This document shows positions 48,004-58,600 of a stretch of 64,000 nt of DNA, one piece after another (positions within the stretch are counted from its first letter, which is position 1; the number at the start of each line of letters is the position of its first letter). Both the position numbers and the translations under genes were made by a program. The stretch spans positions 466,404-530,403 of the forward strand of contig QPGO01000001.1 in NCBI GenBank assembly GCA_008632985.1, in the 5' to 3' direction. The notes beneath the pieces are model-generated. The model made no database searches, had not been told where the DNA came from, and worked only from the letters and a program-made list of their open reading frames with translations. This DNA comes from Psammoneis japonica (lineage: Eukaryota).

Positions 48004-49905
48004 ATGATGAATCGTCGCAGCAAGGCCGTGAAGGTGTTAGAGAAAAGGTTTGGCCGTGGTGGGAAGGGAGGCCACGAAGAAAAAGAAAAAGTGCAAGACT
48101 TGGAACAAATCCAACAACAACAAGAACAAGCAAGATCGAATAATGCGTGCGCCGCTCCCGGTGCTTCTCATGTAGACGAAGAGAATCAAGAAGAAGCAGA
48201 TGAAACTACTCCAGCATCTGCCTTTACCGGAGCTTTTGCAGTGAATCAACAAGGGATGGTCCGTCGCGACCGTGTACAAGCAAGTGGAGACATTACTAGC
48301 ATGAGCATTCTGTCTGACTTGTCGACGGTGCAATCGGATCCCATGCCCCCCCCGCCACCCGGTCGAGATGCCAGTGCACTGCTGGTCGAAGCGCATTTGG
48401 CGGAAACGACTGATGATGCGGAACGAATGGCTACACTCGAGCAAGAAAACATGCGTCTTCGCAATGAAGTTCCGCTAGCACAAGCTGAGGTTGCTCAAGA
48501 AAGTGCGACAAATAAAGGCCGTCGTCGGACATGCTTTATTGTTCTGGGAGTTTCAGCACTTCTGATCACTGTGGCGGTTGTAGTTGGAGTTTCTGTCACT
48601 GGAGACCGCGGTGCTTTTCTACCGCCAACAAACAGTCCATCAACGCTTGCGCCTACTACTGGTGATACGAGTTCCCCGCAGCCTCCAATGTGGTCGCCCA
48701 CTACTAATTGGCAACTTGTAGGGAATGTCTTGCATGGCACAACTGCTTCAGAGTTTTTCGGCACTTCAATATCCTTGTCATCAAATGGAAATACCATAGC
48801 GGTAGGAGCAACGCAAGGTACCACTCCTGGTTACGTGATGGTCCACCGATACAATCAAGCCACACAACAGTGGTCGCCCATTGGACAAGCATTGGTTGGA
48901 CAAGCCGGTGGTGACGATTTTGGCGAGTCTGTTTCGTTAAATGGTGACGGTACAATTCTTGCCATTGGAGCCAACGAAAATGATGGTGGCGGGGAAAATG
49001 CCGGTCACGTTCGTGTGTTTGAATACGACTCTGCATCGGATCGTTGGGTCCAACTCGGTAGCGATATTCTTGGACAAGACGCTGGTGATGAATTTGGTAT
49101 TTCCGTGTCGCTCTCTGATGCAGGAGATATTCTGGCCGTGGGAGCTTTTCGGGATGACACCAATGGTGAGCGTTCAGGGTCTGTTCGATTGTTTCAATAT
49201 AACCGTGACACTTCATCCTGGAACCAACTTGGCCAGACACTATTTGGTCAAGCTAGTGGTGATTTTTTTGGGTTCTCGGTCTCCTTGAGTCGGTTGGGAA
49301 CTATAGTTGCCGTTGGAGCAGAGGGGAATGATTCCGGTGGTGGCAATGTTGGTCAAGTCTCGGTATATGAATACAATTCTTCGTCTTTGAAGTTTTATCC
49401 ATTGGGCAATCCAATCAACGGAGGTAACCATAGTACATATTTGGGTAGTTCTGTATGCCTCGATGACAGTGGATTGGTCATGGCTGTGGGTGCACCATCA
49501 TGGAACAATGAAGACGAAAGAGTTGTCGTCTTCGTCCACGACCGTTCGACGTCGACATGGAATCAACGAGGTCAAATTTACTCATCATTTCTTCAACAAG
49601 ATCTTTTTGGCCACCCTGTTTCTTTGAGTGGAAATGGGAATATATTGGCTGCTGGAACTCAGTTGTCGTATGGCACCGAAGATGGAAACTATCTAGTGGG
49701 TCAAGTTTTGATATTTCAATACAACAGCTCCGCAGATGACTGGATTCAATTCGGCAATCCTTTAAGCAGCGGGGATATTGAAGATAGCTTTGGACAATCC
49801 ATTTCATTGTCGGCCGATGGAAGCATCGTTGGAATTGGTGCGAGGTGGGCTGATGTCAATAGTGTTGGTTCAGGATCCGCATATGTATTTACATCGAACA
49901 ATTAG
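48004..49905 (+). CDS. Type II membrane FG-GAP beta-propeller protein, copy 4 (intact)
   Basis: MMNRRSK starts at 48004, within ORF 47941-49905. The architecture matches copy 1, with seven blades. Confidence 0.9.
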   Translation: MMNRRSKAVKVLEKRFGRGGKGGHEEKEKVQDLEQIQQQQEQARSNNACAAPGASHVDEENQEEADETTPASAFTGAFAVNQQGMVRRDRVQASGDITSMSILSDLSTVQSDPMPPPPPGRDASALLVEAHLAETTDDAERMATLEQENMRLRNEVPLAQAEVAQESATNKGRRRTCFIVLGVSALLITVAVVVGVSVTGDRGAFLPPTNSPSTLAPTTGDTSSPQPPMWSPTTNWQLVGNVLHGTTASEFFGTSISLSSNGNTIAVGATQGTTPGYVMVHRYNQATQQWSPIGQALVGQAGGDDFGESVSLNGDGTILAIGANENDGGGENAGHVRVFEYDSASDRWVQLGSDILGQDAGDEFGISVSLSDAGDILAVGAFRDDTNGERSGSVRLFQYNRDTSSWNQLGQTLFGQASGDFFGFSVSLSRLGTIVAVGAEGNDSGGGNVGQVSVYEYNSSSLKFYPLGNPINGGNHSTYLGSSVCLDDSGLVMAVGAPSWNNEDERVVVFVHDRSTSTWNQRGQIYSSFLQQDLFGHPVSLSGNGNILAAGTQLSYGTEDGNYLVGQVLIFQYNSSADDWIQFGNPLSSGDIEDSFGQSISLSADGSIVGIGARWADVNSVGSGSAYVFTSNN

Positions 49906-50145
49906 ATTCGTATCAAGTTCGAATCTTTCAAATCAACAGCTACACGACCAAATGGAATCATTTTGGTGATCCTTTAAGTGGCGAGTCTGAATATGGTCAT
50001 TTGGATATTCCCTTTCCTTCTCGGCAGACGGAAGCGTGTTGGAGTTGGTGCGATTCATGCTGACATCAATGGTGAATTTTCCGGATCCGTTTACATCGAA
50101 CAATTAGATTTGTATTTGCATTTCATTATTTTGTCTCTTTCGTTG
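49906..50145 (+). pseudogene. Extra degenerate last propeller blade plus 3' flank
   Basis: CAAGTTCGAATCTTTCAA...GGTGATCCTTTAAGTGGCGAG...GGCAGACGGAAGC...ACATCGAACAATTAG repeats the gene end, with indels. Confidence 0.85.
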
Positions 50146-52799
50146 ATCATGTTTGTTGAAAAGTCAAAGACAGCAGCAGTTTTTTAATAGAGAGAAATAC
50201 AAAAGAAGTGTGTGGCAAAAGGCAACGTCTAACACTTGTCATATACGTGTGCCGGCAGTGGTGTTCAATCCTCTCGGAGGAGTCACCGCATGACAGTGGC
50301 ATGCAGCAGAAGGCAGACAGATGACAGACAAGAACAATGAGAGGCCACCCCAGTTCCCCTCATTGTGCTTGGCGGATCACCAGTGACAATGGGATCAGTT
50401 GCATTGACCTGACATGTTCCTGCAATGCTGAAAATTCCCACCTGTCCCAGCCCTCTGTTTCACACAGTGTTGGGGAACAAAATGGAAGGAACCAGATCCA
50501 CAGATTTGTTCCTGTTTTCCAGCTGCTGTCTCAGCAGCACCACACAAACACATGCACTTGTGTGTTTTTCCACATGTTGGATGTGTTCATGTGCTGATTT
50601 TGCAGCTGGTCACTGTGAAATGTCATCGGGGTTGTAGTCAAGCCAAGGCAGTGGCGGGGAATCTGTGATTCCGAGGTCTTTGAGTGCTTCATTTTTGCTT
50701 CAGATGAGCATTTGTTGCAAATTTTGCGATTCGGCAGCAAACAGGTGTCAGGAACAAACAGGCACATCAGATGAAGCATGGACCAACCACAAAAAGCAAG
50801 GGAACTTTCTCGCAAGTTCTTCCGTGCAAGACAAGCAGGTGACAGACAGACAAATGTGATGGAAGAGTCATTCATCAACCAATTTTTGTGAGACAAAAAA
50901 CATCAGATGCGTCACATGGTGAGCGACAAGCACAGATGTGCACCCACATTGACCCTGGATGCATGTGGTTGATTTCAGGGCATCATTGCTGCTGGCTGAT
51001 TGGAGCTGTTGGATGGACACCAGCGAGCCCAACATTGCATCAGCTGCACTTGTCATGTTTGTGTTGTTGCTGCTGCATGCCTGAAATTAGAGCAGATGAT
51101 GTTTTTATCCCCACATGGTTGCCGTTGTTGCTTGTCATGTTGTGTCACATTTTTGTGCATCTCTGTTGTGTTTTTGTGTGTCTCAGTTGCATTTTTTCAT
51201 TCAACTCAATCCTTTTTTGAAATTGTGCGCAATGGACAGCTTGCCAAGTTCATTTTTGGCATGTCAGCATGAAGTTGTGCAGATCTGCACACACAAGTTT
51301 CTGTGTGCATTTGCAGTGAAGCAGCAGTTGGACCCATCAGCTCATTCAATTTGTGCAGCAACCCACCTTGCATGCCACACTCACAGTGGTGATGACATGC
51401 AACGGCGTTGTTTGTGCTCTGACGTGACCTTGCCACATCACATCTCCCTCGCCATGGAGTTTTAGAATGTCGCTGACAATTGTCTCAAGATGATGGCCAG
51501 TTGTGACTGAGTGCTGGGGGTTTTGCTTCACCATGAAAGGATGCTGTTAAACCCATCAACATGAAGTGCAATGGCACTGGTGTTGGAACAGTGACAATGC
51601 ATTCCCCTTGGCATCATCAAGATGCTGGCATGCAGTGTGGAAGACTCAGCAGTTCTCAATGTAGCGGCACGAGACAGTGGAGTTGGCTGGGAGCCCAAGG
51701 AGCACTTGTCCTGAATGTGTTTCTGTGGATGCAAGAACCGCAAATGATGTGTTGGCCACATTGGAAGTTGCAGAGAGCATTGGTGGAATTGAACACAGCG
51801 ACTTGGCAGAGAAGTTTTCAGCAATGTTGGTGAGGAAGTTGGGTGTGGCAGTCATTTGAGAATGATTCAAAGTGGGTGATGCAGGCAACCCAACAACATG
51901 CAAACAGCTGTGCAGTCTGTTGAAGCTTCTGACCAGCTTTGAAGGCAATTTGTTTTGTCTGTTGATGGACCAACCATCTGTGTGTCATGTGACAACAATG
52001 TTTTGGCATTTTGCACTTTGCATTCATGCCAGCAGTGTTTTGGCAATGACGTTTGCTCTCTTGCAACCTCTTGCTTCATGCCACATGTTGTTCTTGTGTT
52101 GGAGCTTGCAGAAATTGTGATTTTTGTGTGCATGTGTGAGAAACTGTTGCACGCAGAAACACATTGAATTTCCACTGGCACACCAAAAATGAAACTCGGC
52201 AAGCTGTCCATTCCCAAATGGTTGGTTTGCCAGTCAGCAAAACACCAGGAAACAGTGTCTGACTCCTGCTCATTCTTTTTGTGGCAGCTGACATCACCTC
52301 CTGCATCTTTTGCAAAGAACCCATAAAAAAATGGTTGCACTCCACCTGGAAACAGAAAATTGATGCAACAGCAGCATCACACCAACTGGGTGTTGGAATG
52401 ATGTGATGCCAATGATGGCAGCAGCACAAGAAGACATCTGCAGTGCATGAGCTGGGTGCCCAATTGCACAAAGAGTGTGGTTGCACATTCTGTGGGCACA
52501 TGCATTGCAAAATGTGACACCAGTCTTTTTTTGTGTCAAACGCAATTGTCGGCCATCAGGAAGTGCTGAAGCAGACCCAACATTGCTCCTTTCCAAAGCC
52601 AAGATTGAAGCACCTGCTGAAGCAACACTTTCTTTCACAATTGCAAGAGCTTTGTTCTCTGCATGTTGAAAAGGATGGGGTTGATGGGGTCAATGAGTCG
52701 TTTGACAACAAGCGACAAGAGAGAGTCACCTTTCCAACTCTTTTGCCAGATTCACTTGACAGAGTGCTCCATCCATTGTTCTAACTTTGATTTGAAGGA

Positions 52800-53050
52800 C
52801 AGAGCCAGATCTTTTCCATGTCCTTGTCAGCAGATGGAAGCACTGCAGGAGAGGCATCAATGGCAAGGAAAACAGTTGGGATGTGTGCACCCGCATTTTA
52901 TGATTTTGTCTCTTTCACAAAAAAACCAATTTGTGCAATGGAGTCATGCAGAGTTCTCCTTCTCACTCAAGATGACTGGCACACAATCATCATGTTTGTT
53001 GTTGAATTTCAGAAGACAGTGACATGGCATCACATGTCCACCATGTGGAG
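52800..53050 (+). pseudogene. Relic of an FG-GAP gene 3' end and 3' flank
   Basis: TGTCCTTGTCAGCAGATGGAAGCA...ATGATTTTGTCTCTTTCA...CTCCTTCTCACTCAAGATGAC matches 38580-38760. Confidence 0.7.
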
Positions 53051-53924
53051 AAGTGCAGAGATTGAGTGTGGCTTGAACTCAACACCAACCATCCTGAAAA
53101 TGAGAGAGGAGCCACTTTTGGCTCACACAGGGCTTGGATGGTGTCATCTGCAATGTGCTGAGAAGCTGGCATCATTCTTCCACCTGAGAGATCAATGGTG
53201 CAAGTGCTGCAGTCAAGCAAACTTGTTGCAGAATGGAGCTTTTGAATTGACTGGAATGTGAAATGTGAAGATCAATGGTTGGATCAAGAAGGGGCTGCTT
53301 GATGTTCCATTGAACAGAGCCCAGTTGGAGAGGATCTGTTGCTTGCAGCATGTGGAACATTTCATGGAGAACATGTGAGGAATGACTGGCTTGTTCAACA
53401 ACATGATTGACTTCTCTGACAAGGAATGAGATGCAGGTCTGCACTGATGCAATCTTGAGGATGTCAGCACTGAGACAACAGGATTTGCTGATGTTGGTCT
53501 GGTTGCTGTGCCCAAGGGGGCGGTGTTCCCCAGCGCTGTTGACCCCAATTTTTAGAAACATGGATGTGAGTGGCAGGATTGTGTTGGAGCATCTAGATTT
53601 GGGGCATTGCAAGAGGCATTGACACGTTGAAGAAAAGATGCATGACTCCTGATGTGGCCTGAAGAACGGTTCTTTGGGTGGAGAATCTCACTGCCATCAA
53701 TCATTTGCCTTTGATTTTCATCTCACTCTTTGGAGCAAATTGTTTGGTGTGTCTGTTGGCATCACTGGGGGCCTGTTGCACACAATGTTTCAGCTCCCAT
53801 GTTAACTGGCTGTTTGGCAACCCACAGCCACCACATTCAGCACCAAGGTGAGTGCAACCAGTGTCACAGGCAGGAACAAGCCTGACAGGATTCCATCCAT
53901 CACATTTCTTCTCCATCATCAACT

Positions 53925-54130
53925 CTCTCTGAATGATTTTGACAATGATTTCAAGAATCCCCAACACCGAGACAAAGATTTCCACAAACAAAATCTTGAC
54001 AAATGCAGACAACAATTTCAAGAATCCCAACGTCTCAAGGCAAAGATTTCCACAATGAAAATGTTGAAAACTGCAGACTGTGGCTTGCATTCTGATCATC
54101 TGCCTCCAAGGCACACAATGATCTGGCAAA
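53925..54130 (-). pseudogene. Relic of the V-ATPase c'' fragment (partly duplicated)
   Basis: Translates FVKILFVEIFVSVLGILEIIVKIIQ. AAGATTTCCACAA occurs twice. Confidence 0.65.
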
Positions 54131-54250
54131 GCCAACAATGCAATGCCCGGTGCTTGCACACGCAATCATGAAAAAGAGAATGACAACAATTCCGTGTGCA
54201 ATCATCTGATGACAACAACTGCCACGCTGCATTGTGCCACACATTTTTCT

Positions 54251-54252
<2 letters not shown>

Positions 54253-54332
<80 letters not shown>
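54253..54332. repeat. Compound (TG)n(AG)n microsatellite
   Basis: Direct reading. Confidence 0.95.
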
Positions 54333-54333
<1 letters not shown>

Positions 54334-54776
54334 ACAATGGATTTGAAAATCGATTGATCGAGTCCGCCAGTCAGTCTTCTGCTTGGACATTTTTAACACA
54401 GCGACAACCTCGCCACACACATTGACAACAGCAGCCAGCTGCTGAAAAAGCCACTGCAAAAGTCTTGCTCCTGACTTCAGCCAACATTGTTGTGCTCACT
54501 GTTTGTCAAATGATTGGACCAACATCGGAGCTGGCAGCTCCACCTTGGCTGCTTTTGCTGGCGTGTTTGCCACATTTGACGGAAAATCAGCTGTGCTGAT
54601 TTTGTCGTTTGCTCCAGAGAGAGAGAGAGAGAGAGAGTGAGTGAATGAAAGAGAGAGACAGAGAGCACAGCTTTCAGATTTAAAAAAAAATTCTCGCAAC
54701 AATGCCAAGCTGTGGGAAGGGGGTGGGGGAGCGGCGGTGGCAATTTGGGGACAATGTGCACAGCAATGACATGTCG

Positions 54777-55052
54777 TGACAGGATTTGAACAGGATTCAG
54801 GTGCGCGCGAAACATCGCGCGCTGTTTAGTTTACCGTGCACAGTTTTGTGTGCTTTGGTTCCGCGCGGTCGCGCGCGATGTAGTTTGCTTTCGAGCCACA
54901 AGGCTCACAAGAATAACAACAGTGGCCCGATCACACCGACTCACACGTCTTTCGGCTCCTGTGATGGTCTCTGAGCGGAGACTCATCTGCCATTTAGACA
55001 GCAGCAAGGAGTCATTGTTTGAATTCTTGCCATTTGCCTTCAATTTCTGTCA
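54777..55052 (+). repeat. 5' LTR
   Basis: TGACAGGATTTGAACAGG...CAATTTCTGTCA, with terminal inverted TGACAG/CTGTCA. Confidence 0.97.
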
Positions 55053-55653
55053 GATTGACAGTCTTGCTCATTGTCAACCCATTGAGCAACCGCCATCGTC
55101 GTCGTTGATTTACCGATGATGCCATCTCAATTCTGCGTGGACCTCCGTGTGTGTTCTACGTGCATCGGCAAGTCCACGCGCATTCAATGCCAGGGCATCG
55201 GCAGGAAGTTAACGTCACCGTCAAGTCTCCTTGCCGCTGGACATCTGGATTGATCACATTGCCTTTGATCGCTGAAGACATGCATTCAACGGTCATGTCC
55301 AAGTCCATCCTTGATCCTCATCCCTTGATGTGCCCATTCAATGGTTGACGGTCAAGAACCCTGCATGTTCAAGGATCTCCGTCGCTGAAGACACACATGC
55401 GCTGCTCCGCTCGCAAGCAACCCAAAGCACCACCAGCTGCGGGTTCGGACGTGCCGGCACAACTCTACGGACCGGATGGGAAGTTTAGCACTTGACAACG
55501 AACGGGACAGCACAGCCCGGCGACTTCTGATTTTAAGGTGGTTCAAGATTTCAAGTCAAGTCTGTTTCAAGTCAAGTCCATCCTCACCCAAGTTTCAAGT
55601 CTGCCTTCGCTTCCCAACAAGAATTGCTTGTCCTGACACCACTTTTGTCCACC

Positions 55654-58600
55654 ATGGTTCTCACTCGTCAGCAACAAACCGATGGTTTCGAGCACGTTGT
55701 TGGAACCGTGCTTGCCCAAGGTGCTGGGAGCCCTCTTCGTTTGGCTTTGACCCAAGACGGCACGGACTCGTGTCAAGAACTGTTCATGTTCATGCTGTCC
55801 CAAATCAACTCGCTTGAGCACGACAACGGCACCAATGTGATCCCTTTGCCCCGCGGTTGTAAGAACATGTTAGCAGCTCCAATTGGTCTGCACATTGTCA
55901 AAGCACACGAAGGTCTTGACGTTGCCAATGACTCCTCGTTGTTCACGCATGACGAGTTCCTTGCCTGCCGCCTCAGCCCCGACTGCATGTCTTCTGTGTC
56001 CGTCGGCAGCTCACCCCTCACACCTCTGCATGTCACCAACCCGACCAAGGCACGCGACCCGGTGCGAGACTTCAAGTGAGGCATCAAGCATGACCCCGCC
56101 GCTTTCACGGCTCTCAAATCCGACAAGCAGTGGCACACTTGGCACACCTCACTTGTGGCACAAGCCCGTGCCCAAGACGTCGAGTGCATTCTAGACTCGT
56201 CGTACAAACCGACCAGCCCCGAAGACAAACTGCTCTTTGCTGAACAGCAAAAGCACATGTTCGCCATCTTCGAATGCATTCTTCTCACCGACAAGGGCAA
56301 GGCTCTCATTCGCGAAAATGTGGGGTCTTCTGACGCCCAGACCGTCTGCCGCGCCTTGTCTGAGCATGCGCTCGCCTCCACCCGCGCATCTGTCGAGTCC
56401 TCCACCTTGCTCACTTGCCTTGCCACCACACGTCTTGGTGATGGCACTTGGAAAGGTCCGACCCACGGGTTCATCCTCCATTGGCAAGATCAGTTGCGCA
56501 AGCACGAGGCACTCATCCCGGCCAGTGACCACTTCTCTGAAGGACAGAAGCGCGTCATGCTCGAGAATGCCGCACACCCTGTCAAGGAACTCCGTGCTGT
56601 CAAGAACCAAGCTGATCAGCATCGCACGCAGAGTGGCAAGAGCCTCACATGCGATCAATGCTGTGGCTTGCTCCTCTCCGCAGCGGCTCAATGCGACAGC
56701 GCATTTCAACCCAAGACGACACCTCGAGCCACCCGACGTGCCACACACGCACACGACGTTCACTCCGAGGAACCGTCCGACGATGTGTTCTGTGACATTG
56801 ACAGCGACATTGACGTCCTTCAGGCCAATGCTGCCTGCACCCGTGGTCCCAGCCTCACCGGTGACCAATGGAAATGTCTCCCCCCCGACCACCAATGGAT
56901 TTGTGATTCGTTGCCCCATTCCTCCAAGGCAATCATCCTGGAGCATTCTCGTCCGCCTCCCCATGACCCGCGAGACAGCAACTGCCATGAGTCCGTTACG
57001 GTCAACCTTCACGACCAACGCCTTGGGAGTGACGGTGATGTCAACTTGTCCAACACGACTCCTGCTGACTCTGGTGACCCCGCTCCAAATGTGGGTGCCA
57101 CTTCGGATGATCCCATCCTGGCACACCTCACCAAGCACAAGCCACTGCCACCCGGTGATCTGCAACGTCTGTTGTCTCCTAACCAAGCCCCCAACACCAG
57201 TCGACCGGGGCCATCCGCCACTCCCTCCACTCCGCCAGCTCCTGCCGATGACACAGAACTTGACGGCCGCACTTGCCGCCGCGTTGACAACCACAATGTC
57301 ATTTGCTCTGCCTCTGCTCATCGCTCCACACGCACTGGTGCTCCAGTCGATTGTGGGGCCAATGGCGGCATTGCTGGCGACGACGTTCGCGTCATTGCAC
57401 GCACCTCTCGCCAAGTCGACGTTCAGGGCATTGACGACCATCAATTGGTGGACATCCCCATTGTCACCGCTGGTGCCGTCATTGAGACCCAGCGTGGTCC
57501 CGTCATCGCCATCCTTCATCAGCACGCATGCACAGGCAAGGGCAAGACCATTCATTCCTGCGGCCAACTCGAGTGGCACAAACAGGATGTCAACGATCGC
57601 TCTGTCAAGGTGCCCAACGGCTTGCAACGCATTGCCACTCCTGATGGCCATGTCATCCACATTGACATCAAGGGCGGCTTGCCTTGTGTTGCCATGCGAC
57701 CTCACACTGACGCCGAATGGGACACCCTGCCCCATGTCATCCTCACCGGTGATGACACATGGGATCCTTCCATCCTCGATCACTCTGTCACTGACGACGA
57801 CCAGTGGTGCGACGCGATCTCTGACCCACAGGACGATCCCACTGCCAACCCATTTGACGAATGCGGCAACTGCCGTCATCGTGTCGTTGTCAACAAGACC
57901 ATCATGTCCACTTCCTTGTCTGCCGATCACGCGTCCGCCCTCGATGATCACCTCATTCCGAACAACGACGTGTTCTGCGAGTGTCATCCACACGCGATTG
58001 ACCCCAAGGACGACGACGTTCCGCCCCCGGAGCGCACTGTGCAGCCCAAGGACCCCCCCTTCGAGTCTCTTCGGCCTTGCTTTGGCTTCCTCCCTGCCGA
58101 TGCGGTCCATCGCACTTTTGTCTGCACCACGCAGTGCATCCGCATGCCCGCCGGTGCACACCTTGGGAAGGCCCACAAATCACCCAACCCCGCCCTTAAT
58201 GTGCACCGCCGCAATGAGCCCATCGCCACTGACACCGTTCATGCCGACACCCCGGCCATCGACTCTGGTTGCACCAGCGCCCAACTGTTTGTTGGCACCG
58301 AGTCTACCGTCACTGACGTCTGCGGCACCAAGATGGACAAAGAGTTTGCCAACACACTCGAGGATCAGATCCGGGAGCGCGGTGCCCCATCCAAACTCAT
58401 TGGCGACCGTGCTCAAGTTGAAATCAGCAACAAGGTGCTCGGGATCCTACGAGCCCTCTTCATCTCCAGCTGGCAAAGTGAGCCTCACCAGCAACACCAA
58501 AACTTTGCCAAGCGTCGACACCAGACTGTGAAGCGCATGGCGAACACTGTCATGGATCGTTTTGGTTCGCCCGCCCACACATGGCTGCTGGCGCTCATGT

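Noticed and set aside
53172..53700. Non-LTR RT C-terminal fragment on the minus strand
   Set aside because: There is only a vague resemblance (FLKIGVN...) with no catalytic motif, and the sequence is too decayed to support a call.
56237..58531. 764-aa alternative-frame ORF and 661-aa antisense ORF as genes
   Set aside because: They are shadows of copia pol with no recognisable domains, and the loss of TAA/TAG explains them.
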